55,780 nucleotides of DNA from an uncultured Candidatus Saccharibacteria bacterium. Lineage in GTDB: Bacteria; Patescibacteriota; Minisyncoccia; Phycocordibacterales; UBA12088. The stretch is taken from positions 1-55,780 of the forward strand of contig CAZWNC010000006.1 of the NCBI GenBank assembly GCA_964635195.1. Reading direction: 5' to 3'. A program made the translations under genes and the position numbers. The notes beneath the pieces are model-generated. The model was not told the origin of the DNA. It was given only the letters and a program-made list of their open reading frames with translations, and did not search any database. This document shows, one piece after another, positions 18,528 through 27,391 of the stretch (positions within the stretch are counted from its first letter, which is position 1; each line of letters opens with the position of its first letter).

Positions 18528-19070
18528 TTATGCACGAAGACGCTTAGCACCCTCTTGTTCGAGTATTGACAGCAATGCGGACACAATAGCATGCGGACTT
18601 GGAGGATCGCCCGGTATCTCATAATCGACCGGTATCACCTCACGCAGACTGTTATATATCGCATAGCTGTCTCGAAAAACACCACCGTGAATCGCCCCAT
18701 CACCGACAGCGACCACAATACGCGGGGTTGGCGTCGCTTCATAGGTGCGACGAACTGCCTCAGCCATATTGCGAGACACGGGGCCGGTAACCATGAGCAT
18801 GTCAGCGTGACGCGGTGACGCGACAAAATGCACACCAAAACGCTCCACATCATAGTAGCTATTTGTAAGAGCGTTCAACTCCTGTTCTTCAGCATTACTG
18901 GAACCTGCATCAACCTCACGGATTGCGAGCGAGCCGGAAAACACCTTTCGAATCTCCTCGGCGAGTCGTTGTCCCGTAACAGCGAGGTCACCATCCTCAG
19001 CCACTAAAAAATCCGATACGGGAATGACCGTACGCGGCGTCGTCACTATTTTTTTGAGCATTTGATACAT
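18528..19070 (-). CDS. HycG/HyfI/NuoB-like small subunit with no cysteine at all
   Basis: The core VASPRHADMLMVTGPVS..PRIVVAVG..GG is clearly NuoB/HycG family. The four [4Fe-4S] ligand positions read GSSNAEE (for GxCNxCE), VGDGA (for GxCA) and IPGDPP (for PGCPP). The 180-aa protein contains zero Cys. Confidence 0.85.
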   Translation of the reverse strand: MYQMLKKIVTTPRTVIPVSDFLVAEDGDLAVTGQRLAEEIRKVFSGSLAIREVDAGSSNAEEQELNALTNSYYDVERFGVHFVASPRHADMLMVTGPVSRNMAEAVRRTYEATPTPRIVVAVGDGAIHGGVFRDSYAIYNSLREVIPVDYEIPGDPPSPHAIVSALLSILEQEGAKRLRA

Positions 19071-19120
19071 GCGTCTTCGGTGAACAATACAAAATCAACC
19101 CGCTCCAACGAACGTTGCCT

Positions 19121-19148
19121 ATCATATGCCGAATACGTAAAGTGTCAA
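19121..19148 (-). promoter_or_regulatory. sigma70-like promoter of the hydrogenase-like operon
   Basis: The minus strand reads TTGACA (19148-19143), a 16-nt spacer, then TATGAT (19126-19121). It lies about 50 nt upstream of the ATG at 19070. Confidence 0.45.
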
Positions 19149-19237
19149 CGCTCGTTACACACAGTTGACTACCACACGTTCATGACGTATACCATGCATG
19201 GTTGTATCGTTCTTTCACAACACAGCAGGAGCTAGAA

Positions 19238-20281
19238 ATGCCACGGCACCCACACCCGCATATCGAAGAGATACTCGACCGAAACGCGGCACGCGTGATC
19301 GCACACTACGAAGAACGTCACATTCGAAGAGAATATTTCGCACAGCACCCCTTCCACTACATCTACGTAGGATGTATGGACGGTAGAACAAGTCACCTAC
19401 CCCAAACGTTTGGTATCCCTGTTGGGTGTGCTGAATTTTTTCAAACCGGTGGCGCTATGTTCGACATAGGATGGAAGTATTTCTCAAACCTCCTTACCGA
19501 ATCGATCCAATTCGGCCTTACCAAAAAGCGTACTGTGGTCATTTTGGTCTCAAGCCACTTTTCCGGACACTATCCCAATCATGGATGTCGCGCGTTCGAG
19601 AACGACCGCCGTGCGGCACGCACCTATGTACTCCGCCTCGCAAGAGATATCAGGTACGCAGTCGAACCATATGGCGGTGACGTGCACGTTCTGTCAATCG
19701 AGTTCGACACTGATGACGATTCGGTCATTCTGTATGGTGAAACCGGGCGTGTCGACACGTCACATTTCCTGTCGAGTGAATGCGGCCTGAAAGAAGTACT
19801 CTATGACAGTTTTCCTTCGTATGTGGACTCAGACATGGGCGAGGAGCTGCATACCCTCGTACACAACAACATTGAACACGTACACTCGGTACTTCGTAAC
19901 AGACGAGACCACACCGCTTGTTCTCATTGCGAAACGACACTCCTCGTGGGACGAGGTGCGGGAACGTGGCTCAACCCACATCGCAACGCGGGCATCATTC
20001 TGTTTCCCGAAGGAGAACACCTCGACGATTTTATCGTAACCGCTGGAAAAATACTCCAAAGTAATGCGAAGCGAGATAAAATCTTGCAGAAGCATGGTGC
20101 AGTCATTATGCCCTGCTCAGCATACGGTGATCGTCGAAATGAACGTTTTGCTATTGCTCGGGTGAAAGCGTACCAGCGAATAATCGAACGATTGTTTGCT
20201 CAGCATCTGCCAAACCTACGCTTCGCACTCTTCCCTGCAACAGTCGACCTCACCACATGGCAACTCACTGCATGTGACTAA
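19238..20281 (+). CDS. hypothetical protein with beta-carbonic-anhydrase-like motifs (tentative)
   Basis: Likely start is the ATG at 19238, preceded by AGGAG at 19227-19231; the ORF track starts at TTG 19202. Motifs are YVGCMDGR (CxDxR), GCAEFFQTGGA (resembles GDxFVxRNxGN) and VVILVSSHFSGHYPNHGC (His/Cys pair after a beta-strand). Confidence 0.3.
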   Translation: MPRHPHPHIEEILDRNAARVIAHYEERHIRREYFAQHPFHYIYVGCMDGRTSHLPQTFGIPVGCAEFFQTGGAMFDIGWKYFSNLLTESIQFGLTKKRTVVILVSSHFSGHYPNHGCRAFENDRRAARTYVLRLARDIRYAVEPYGGDVHVLSIEFDTDDDSVILYGETGRVDTSHFLSSECGLKEVLYDSFPSYVDSDMGEELHTLVHNNIEHVHSVLRNRRDHTACSHCETTLLVGRGAGTWLNPHRNAGIILFPEGEHLDDFIVTAGKILQSNAKRDKILQKHGAVIMPCSAYGDRRNERFAIARVKAYQRIIERLFAQHLPNLRFALFPATVDLTTWQLTACD

Positions 20282-20306
20282 TCGATTCTTGTTTTGTCCA
20301 TTTTTG

Positions 20307-20342
20307 TGCCCCGCCCCGCCCGTCCGCAGGTGGGGCATTTTG
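20307..20342 (+). terminator. terminator after the 19238-20281 gene
   Basis: Stem TGCCCCGCC / GGTGGGGCA with one G-U pair, followed by TTTTGT. Confidence 0.45.
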
Positions 20343-20491
20343 TATCTCTGATACCACAATCACCTGTTCGATTCACTCGTCGCCGTACAAGCAAAACGAA
20401 TCCAAGATTGCATACATACTGGAGATAGTATTGTCTAGATTTATTCAAAAACATACCCCGACGCTGAACATCGGGGTATAGTAAGGTGCTT

Positions 20492-21238
20492 CTACTCCTC
20501 ACAGTACTGTGCGGGGTTCACATAAATCCTAGTGTCTTTTGGTCTCATAGTGAAGAGGTTAAACCCCAAAGTGGATGCTGTGCGCAAAAAGAATCTTTGC
20601 ACTTCCGCTACACTGAGTTTCGTGAACGAAGTGAAGTCAGGCTCTGTTCCATACCCCTTTCGGGTAGCGCCGAGGATTTTCGCATATCGCGCGTACACGA
20701 CACGAAAATCTTGCAGAGGAATGTCACCAAAATGCTTTGCATGGAATTCCTCAAAAGAAAGCTTTCTGTCACTCCACTGCTCACGGCTGATCTGGAACGC
20801 AAGACCGCTCACCTGCGGGAAAAACCCACGATATTCCTTCAACTGCGGATAATATCCTGTCGCAAAGAACAGTCCCTCCTCAAAACCTTTTTCATGCGGC
20901 CTGGTATAAAGCACTTCCGAAAAGTGCATGTAGGTGATGAGTAGCAACGCATTCACCGGAGTTGCGGGGTTGTAAGTACTTGCGTCCATGGCTGAATATA
21001 CGACAATCTCTGCAGGTGTCAGATGACTCGCCGTACCATCGCGAAGGTGTGGCATGCGTGTTGGATACGTTCCGTCTTGCCAGCGCACCCACTGTTCGCA
21101 AGGGTCTGCACTTCGTAGTGGCACAAAAGGCCGATTGAGAACCTCAGCATTATCAGCGTACACACATGTCGCACCAAGCACAGTCAGAAGAGCAAAGGCA
21201 CTACTCTTGATATTCATATTGACCTCTCGCCATTTCAA
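20492..21238 (-). CDS. hypothetical secreted protein
   Basis: Signal peptide MNIKSSAFALLTVLGATCVYA; an alternative start is at 21217. No family recognised. Confidence 0.5.
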   Translation of the reverse strand: MKWREVNMNIKSSAFALLTVLGATCVYADNAEVLNRPFVPLRSADPCEQWVRWQDGTYPTRMPHLRDGTASHLTPAEIVVYSAMDASTYNPATPVNALLLITYMHFSEVLYTRPHEKGFEEGLFFATGYYPQLKEYRGFFPQVSGLAFQISREQWSDRKLSFEEFHAKHFGDIPLQDFRVVYARYAKILGATRKGYGTEPDFTSFTKLSVAEVQRFFLRTASTLGFNLFTMRPKDTRIYVNPAQYCEE

Positions 21239-21399
21239 AGAACACTCAAATGAGCGTCGCTAGTATACCAGAAATAATGACAAGGGGAAGTAATTACCAT
21301 CTTGTGAAGATTGTCTTGAAACAACCCGCACATCGGCCGAACACTTGCTATATATAAGATTGCATATGCCTTTGCACTCGCAGGTGGTAGAATGTTCTT

Positions 21400-21996
21400 A
21401 TGTCACGCCGGCACAACCACATATGGAAAATACTGATTTTGGATATGTTTATCATAGAGTTCGGTCCCGTAGGCATTTTTTTTCTCACATACCACTTCAC
21501 CGACTTCTTGCGTGCCGCTCTCGCATTAGGACTCTCGACACTCATCGCACTGACACTTTCACGCTTGGTAAACGGGCGCACTCCGTGGTTTGCTATATGC
21601 TCCGGCTCTATCACCATAACAACCTCGCTCGTCACCTACTTCTACAACATTCCATCATTGCTCATTATACGAGATTCGGTGTTCTACATTTTTTTTGCCA
21701 TAGTGCTTGGAGTCAGCATGGCACGAGGTATGCACGTGTTTAAAATATTCTTTGGTCATATCTTTGCCATCACCAACGAGGGTTGGCGTATCCTGGAAAC
21801 ACGCTGGCTTGCTTTTTTTGTTCTTGCCAGCGCATCAAATGAGTACGCACGCATATTCTTAAATCCTGATGCGTGGGTTGTATACAAACAATGTGTAGTC
21901 ATTGGTTTCATATTCTTCGGCACATACCAGTTTCGCGTAAGCATGAGATTCCGTCTCCCAGAAGCGGATAGCCTCGGACTTCGCACGTTGACATAA
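21400..21996 (+). CDS. intracellular septation protein A (YciB/IspZ)-like inner membrane protein
   Basis: 198 aa with 5 TM helices. The layout and the motifs GWRILETRWLAFFVL...AWVVYK resemble YciB (W..L...W..FF....W..FK). Confidence 0.5.
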   Translation: MSRRHNHIWKILILDMFIIEFGPVGIFFLTYHFTDFLRAALALGLSTLIALTLSRLVNGRTPWFAICSGSITITTSLVTYFYNIPSLLIIRDSVFYIFFAIVLGVSMARGMHVFKIFFGHIFAITNEGWRILETRWLAFFVLASASNEYARIFLNPDAWVVYKQCVVIGFIFFGTYQFRVSMRFRLPEADSLGLRTLT

Positions 21997-22093
21997 TAGT
22001 GACCTGACGCATGACGCGTCTCAAGAGCACGCATACTCACGTACGTGCGGTAGCTTGGAGAACATCCTGTTAATCTCTAGACGATGTTCCTGC

Positions 22094-22870
22094 TTATTTA
22101 AGAATCTTCCTGGGTCTCATGGGAATAAACATGCTGGTTCTTCTTTTATATGCTTCAAAGTCCGGGTGTTCAACGAGTTTTCTTTCAAGCATGGGAACAC
22201 CCGAAATTTTCAGTATTAAGAACGTGATAGTGAGTGGGCTAACTATTGTGAGCCATCCTTCGGGAACCGATGTGGCTATAAGCCACAAACCCCACCATTG
22301 CGACACTTCGCCAAAATAATTAGGATGGCGAGTATATGCCCACAAACCACTCTGCATCAACCTACCTTTGTTTGTGGGGTCTTGTATAAATTTTGCCAAT
22401 TGCCAATCCCCTACGGCTTCAAAGTAAAACCCAAAGAGCCACGTTCCTATTCCAACGAAATCGAGCCAGCTGAATACAGGTACTACGCTCTTATTAACCG
22501 CAATAACCGGCAGGACGATAAGAAAAAGCAGTATGCCTTGCAAAAGAAAGACCTGGGCGTACGAACGAAGGTAAAACCATCTTCCCCATTCCTTTCGCCA
22601 GGAAAGGTAACGATAATCTTCTAACCTCCCTTTATTCCGTTTGTGGATATGCCAAGCGAGACGGAGACCCCACACACTCACCAACACACAAACAAGCAAG
22701 CCACGGACTCCCTGCTCTTCCGATAGAAAAAATGCCATCCAAGCAATGAGCACAAAGCCCAACCCCCACGCCACATCAGCAACATCATTTCTCTTTTTCA
22801 GTACAGAGAGAACGAACCATACATTCATGTACATAAACAGCAGTACGGCAAGTGAAATATAGTACGTCAT
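22094..22870 (-). CDS. DUF1295 / steroid 5-alpha-reductase-like membrane protein
   Basis: The C-terminal GLWAYTRHPNYFGEVSQWWGLWLI is the hallmark of DUF1295/ICMT-like proteins. Polytopic. Confidence 0.75.
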   Translation of the reverse strand: MTYYISLAVLLFMYMNVWFVLSVLKKRNDVADVAWGLGFVLIAWMAFFLSEEQGVRGLLVCVLVSVWGLRLAWHIHKRNKGRLEDYRYLSWRKEWGRWFYLRSYAQVFLLQGILLFLIVLPVIAVNKSVVPVFSWLDFVGIGTWLFGFYFEAVGDWQLAKFIQDPTNKGRLMQSGLWAYTRHPNYFGEVSQWWGLWLIATSVPEGWLTIVSPLTITFLILKISGVPMLERKLVEHPDFEAYKRRTSMFIPMRPRKILK

Positions 22871-23024
22871 ACTGACCTGATTTTGTAATCTGAGACAAAG
22901 CTCAAACTAACATTCCGACTGCACATACTCAACATCATGACTAACGAACAGACCTCACTGAAGTAACTCTCAAAGAAACTCCTACCGGTACTATTTGTCA
23001 ACCTGAACGCAGAGGGCGACCTGA

Positions 23025-23729
23025 TTACATCCTTCCCCGTTCTTGTGACGAATTTATGATACTTGAAAACGTTGCTTCAGAAATGTACTGCGGTGTATAT
23101 GTGATAGTGCGACGTTCTAGTTGGTCATGAAAGGCACGCAGGTGGTTACGAGAACCTTTCTGTAAGTTGCGATATACAGTGAGAATTTGCTCATTTTTTG
23201 TTTCTTGCATAAGGCGTTCGAGATCGAAAATATCCAAATCTTCAACGGTTGCACCAACTGCTAGCGCCTTATCAAGCGACTCATACCCCTGCGCAACAAG
23301 GTTGTTATACAGTTCTTGCAGATTGGCATCTTGAAATTCTCCCCTTATGTCAACACCTACAGGGTCTTGGATCCCATAGAGAGCCAGAAGCTTTTGTACT
23401 GCGTTTGTATGAGTCTGCTCACTGCGTGCGATGTTTGAAAAAAGAGGGACGCCCCATTTGGTTCCCAAGGCCTCATAGACATCACGAGCAAGTTTTTCTT
23501 CTTCTCGCATACGTAGCAAACCAATCACTTCGTTACTAGAAAGAGTCACGTCACTCGTTGTTGCAACAGTGAGGGAGTTATTCAAGAAGTCTGCAGGATC
23601 GATTGTGTATTCTTTCGAATCGTCTTTTTTCTCAGCACCATCATCAATGACCGGTGCGGATGTGCTTGTCGTAAACCAGTAAACTCCACCGGACATTACA
23701 AAAACCACAACAAGGAGGAACCATTTCAT
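23025..23729 (-). CDS. DUF2202 ferritin-like domain protein, membrane-anchored
   Basis: N-terminal TM helix. MREEEKLARDVYEALGTKWGVPLFSNIARSEQTHTNAV and a second half GSRNHLRAF are typical of DUF2202. Confidence 0.75.
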   Translation of the reverse strand: MKWFLLVVVFVMSGGVYWFTTSTSAPVIDDGAEKKDDSKEYTIDPADFLNNSLTVATTSDVTLSSNEVIGLLRMREEEKLARDVYEALGTKWGVPLFSNIARSEQTHTNAVQKLLALYGIQDPVGVDIRGEFQDANLQELYNNLVAQGYESLDKALAVGATVEDLDIFDLERLMQETKNEQILTVYRNLQKGSRNHLRAFHDQLERRTITYTPQYISEATFSSIINSSQERGRM

Positions 23730-24041
23730 AGCACAAGTATAGCATAGTTTTGTACCCCGAGATGTTCACTGACCGGAATACAGGCAAGCATGTATTCCGA
23801 TACAAAAGTGAGGGGTACTTCTTTCATGACACACGCCCTTCTCTACGAGATTTAACCATAACGGACGTGTGTCGCACGATAAACTCTTCCAGCGATACAA
23901 AGAGTGCACAGTATGGATGCGTGAGTGGTTGTTTTATACGTGAAATATCACTGGTCGTGGAACATGTTGTACAGCCGACAGACGTGCACTGAGACAGTGA
24001 GCTGCTGGCTGCGGGTTCATGAGTTCCGGCACACCTGCACG

Positions 24042-25169
24042 TTAACTATGACCCTCATACCCAACATCTCCCAGATCTTTTTTTGCCTTTTTTAGAAATT
24101 TCCCGAACAGACGATCTTTCTCCTTTTTCTGCACACCGTTCAGTTCGGCGTATGACGCCTCCTTTTTTAGGCTTACGTAATTATCATATTTTTCCTTACT
24201 GAGGGCACCTCCTGTGACCGCCTGCACCACAGCGCACCCCGGTTCATGGGTGTGTGAGCAGTCGGAGTAGGTACACCTGTCCGCAAGTCCCGTAATGTCT
24301 TCAAAAAAGGTATCAACACCCTCACTCACGTCGGCCATGCCAACTTCACGAACACCAGGATTATCAATAACGATACCGCCATGTTCCAAAAAGTACATAT
24401 GTCGTGCGGTAGTAACGTGTTTTCCTCTACCCGAGTGCTGACCGATTGAGCCCGTTTTTGTAACAACCTCGCCGAGCAAAGCATTAATCAGCGACGATTT
24501 TCCCACACCGGAGGAGCCCAGGAAACAGTACGTTTTACCTTTCTGAAGATACCCAGCAAGCGCGTCGAGACCATCTGCACGTAAAGTACTTGTAGTCAGT
24601 ATATCGATGCCGGGAAACCTCGCTTCCAACTCAGACAATCTCTCACGCAAATCCTCCACAGAAAGGAGATCCACCTTGTTTAATATGATTGCCGGGAGTA
24701 CTCCACTGTTGTGCGCGATCGCAAAGTAACGTTCGAAACGATTGAGATTATAGTCACGATCCATCGACTCAATCACAAAAGCGACGTCGATATTTGCAGC
24801 GATGACTTGTATCGTATCTTTTTCTCCCTTTCTGTTTTTTTCCCCGTACTTTCTTTTCAACACCGTCGCTCTCGGCAGTATGCCCTGTATCATCGCACGA
24901 CCTCCTTCGAGTTCACGTATCGCCACCCAATCCCCGACCGCTGGGTATGCTTCACGAGAAGTTGCCTCAAATACATGCTTGCCCGTCACGCGTGCCACAT
25001 ACTCACCTTGCTCATTTTTCACTCGATACGCCCCTCTACTTTCGGATATAACGCGAGCAACAGGGTAAGCAGTCAGACCACTTTCCGCCCTTCCCGCTTC
25101 GAAAAAAGCTGTGTATCCGAGGTCCTGGTTTGTTATACGTGTCATGGTTTTTGTTGAAAATTCTTTCAC
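24042..25169 (-). CDS. rsgA: ribosome small-subunit-dependent GTPase A
   Basis: Circularly permuted GTPase with ILNKVDLL (G4) before GSSGVGKSSLINAL (G1). C-terminal zinc knuckle CTYSDCSHTHEPGCAV. Confidence 0.9.
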   Translation of the reverse strand: MKEFSTKTMTRITNQDLGYTAFFEAGRAESGLTAYPVARVISESRGAYRVKNEQGEYVARVTGKHVFEATSREAYPAVGDWVAIRELEGGRAMIQGILPRATVLKRKYGEKNRKGEKDTIQVIAANIDVAFVIESMDRDYNLNRFERYFAIAHNSGVLPAIILNKVDLLSVEDLRERLSELEARFPGIDILTTSTLRADGLDALAGYLQKGKTYCFLGSSGVGKSSLINALLGEVVTKTGSIGQHSGRGKHVTTARHMYFLEHGGIVIDNPGVREVGMADVSEGVDTFFEDITGLADRCTYSDCSHTHEPGCAVVQAVTGGALSKEKYDNYVSLKKEASYAELNGVQKKEKDRLFGKFLKKAKKDLGDVGYEGHS

Positions 25170-25293
25170 ACGTCACTCACATACAACCCACTGAAAGAAA
25201 GATGCGAACGGATCTCCGCGACTGACAATGTTACATAAAAATAAGATTTTCGCGGCAAGCATGCACTGGGGATTATTCCGACACAGTACACCA

Positions 25294-25677
25294 TCATTCG
25301 GGTCTGCGAAACTCAATCAGATGAAAATGGCAATGGTGTGGAATCGATTTCTGCCGTGGCAAGTGATCAAGGAGTGAGTCGTACATGTCGCCAAGCACAC
25401 CACTCTTGAGGGCCAACAGTTCCTCTCGCTCCTCCTGGGTAAGCCCTCGCTCGTCGGTATGACGCTTAATAACAAGCATATCGCTCTTGGCAAAGAAACG
25501 ATCGTACGGAAAAAGATTCGGCATACGTCGCCAATATGTATACTCCGCAAGAGATTCCGGGTCGGCACACAAACGGCAACCAGTCGCGCCGCTTGGTTGT
25601 CGCGCAGCCTCTTCATACCTGCGAGCTGTTTCTTCTGTACGCAGAAGCAAACGACGCCAGTGTTCGTGTTGTTGCAT
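25294..25677 (-). CDS. HIT (histidine triad) family protein
   Basis: C-terminal HHCHFHLI histidine-triad motif. The preferred start is MQQHEHW at 25677. The ORF-track N-terminal extension to 25836 has no recognisable content. Confidence 0.55.
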   Translation of the reverse strand: MQQHEHWRRLLLRTEETARRYEEAARQPSGATGCRLCADPESLAEYTYWRRMPNLFPYDRFFAKSDMLVIKRHTDERGLTQEEREELLALKSGVLGDMYDSLLDHLPRQKSIPHHCHFHLIEFRRPE

Positions 25678-25927
25678 ACCGCACAGTATACACGATACCA
25701 CTTCCACAACGTGCGGAAATAGAAAAAAACTACCTCCCTGCACCGTTCGTGGCTTTGCCTGCCAATCCTGATACTCGACGTTTTGTACGAACATCACACG
25801 TCTCAAAACAAGACCTGGTCTTCGCCATAAGACCAAACACCTCGCGTGTTGCGCAGGACGTTAAAAAGAAGCACCGACCCCGAGGGGGTTGGTGCTTTGC
25901 TTCACCCACACACGTACATCTGCTTAC

Positions 25928-27307
25928 CTACCGTGTGCCGTAGTACCGACAAAAACTGTCCATGACGCCTTCGGGAGTAAGAACGTGTGTACAGCATGTG
26001 GCAATACGTGCGACATCCCACGTTCTCACGTCCATGAACGGCTTGATAAAGACCATTTTGACGTCTCTACGACTCAGTCCGAGTCGTTCGAGGTAGTCCC
26101 TGAGACTGAACGTATCGCAACCGCACGAACTGAGCGAGTCATCGGTATCAAAGTTTACACGGTTCACAATGAGTGGCGTAAACACATTGACGTCGAGAAT
26201 GTTCGAGATCGGTTGCCACCTACCACCGATACGCACCAAGAAGCCAACCATGCCACAATTCGGGTCACTGCACGGTAACGGTATCCACGATCCGAGATTC
26301 AATATACCGCCACGAGCAATACTGTGAATGACATCAGCAACATTAATCGGCACCTCAAGACGTTTCTGTGGCTCGTTTCGACCGGACATAAACTCCGGTT
26401 GGTATACGACCCAACGAACATTATCGTCACTGAGAGCGTATGCGAGCGCACTACCGCAGCCAAACTTCGTATCGTGCGACACAGTCATCACCAATGCAAC
26501 CGGAATCTGCGCCAGCTGGCATGCATGCATGGCACGTTCACGGATGGAGCGAAAATCTCCACCACGAAGTGCCACCTGACCACTCTTTTGCGTACCGTCA
26601 AACTGCAGGTACACAGCGAACCTTCCTCGTGGAACGATTGCCTGCAATCTCTCCATAAAGAGCGGGTCTGCCAACTTGATGCCGTTGGTGGTAAGCAAGA
26701 CGTCCGACACTCGCCCTTCTCGCGCAAGCCATTCGATAATCCGAAAAAGCTCGGGGTGAAGAGTTGGCTCTCCGCCTGAAAGTTGCAAGATGTCGATTCT
26801 GTCCTGTCGGTCGAGCACTGTACGCACCTGTTCGACAAAGGCATCGAAAGGCAGAAGACCCAACTCCGCATCGTTTGAAGCCTTCGGACTGTCAGCATAG
26901 CAGGTGGGGCACGAAAGATTGCAACCGCGCACAATTTCCACCACAAGAGTGCACGTATGCAACTGACTCGCCGTTTTCGCATTCTCGCCGAGTACAGCCG
27001 TGCCACAACCTTCGGTTCCGCACGCACAAGCGGTATCCTGTTCCGTCACGTAATAAAATCGTGCATCGCTTGCAATGCGTGAGCTCGTCACCCCGCAAGT
27101 GGGACAGTACTTGCGCAGGTACACACGAGGCGGAATGTCATTCGAACGCCAGGCCTCGGCATGCACTTCTTGCCCGCACTCATTACAGCGGGATCGTTTG
27201 TTTCCTACAAGCAACGATCCGTTGCCACAAAAGTGATTCGTGCCGAGAGTGTTTGTACAGCAGTTCTTCAGGAGAGTGGGGACCGTTTCTATTTCATAAT
27301 TGCTCAC
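25928..27307 (-). CDS. radical SAM protein with N-terminal rubredoxin/zinc-ribbon-like CxxC pairs and extra Cys clusters (COG1964 / Tes-GDGT-MAS-like, tentative)
   Basis: CNLSCPTC is a canonical CxxxCxxC motif, followed by LSGGEPTL. Upstream are CNEC...(22 aa)...CPTC and CACGTEGC. The C-terminal part has PCSDPNCG, SSCGC, IKPFMDVRTWDVARIATCCTHVLTPEG..FCRYY. Confidence 0.7.
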   Translation of the reverse strand: MSNYEIETVPTLLKNCCTNTLGTNHFCGNGSLLVGNKRSRCNECGQEVHAEAWRSNDIPPRVYLRKYCPTCGVTSSRIASDARFYYVTEQDTACACGTEGCGTAVLGENAKTASQLHTCTLVVEIVRGCNLSCPTCYADSPKASNDAELGLLPFDAFVEQVRTVLDRQDRIDILQLSGGEPTLHPELFRIIEWLAREGRVSDVLLTTNGIKLADPLFMERLQAIVPRGRFAVYLQFDGTQKSGQVALRGGDFRSIRERAMHACQLAQIPVALVMTVSHDTKFGCGSALAYALSDDNVRWVVYQPEFMSGRNEPQKRLEVPINVADVIHSIARGGILNLGSWIPLPCSDPNCGMVGFLVRIGGRWQPISNILDVNVFTPLIVNRVNFDTDDSLSSCGCDTFSLRDYLERLGLSRRDVKMVFIKPFMDVRTWDVARIATCCTHVLTPEGVMDSFCRYYGTR

Positions 27308-27391
27308 GATATGTCTCCAATGTCAGGTTGATTGTCCGTGGCGCATACTAGCACAGTTGAGCACCGTACGCACGTTGTCGCGTAAAGCGCC

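Noticed and set aside
25678-25836. N-terminal 53-codon extension of the HIT-family ORF
   Set aside because: The extension has odd composition and no homology signal. An internal Met gives a protein of typical HIT size. The start remains uncertain.
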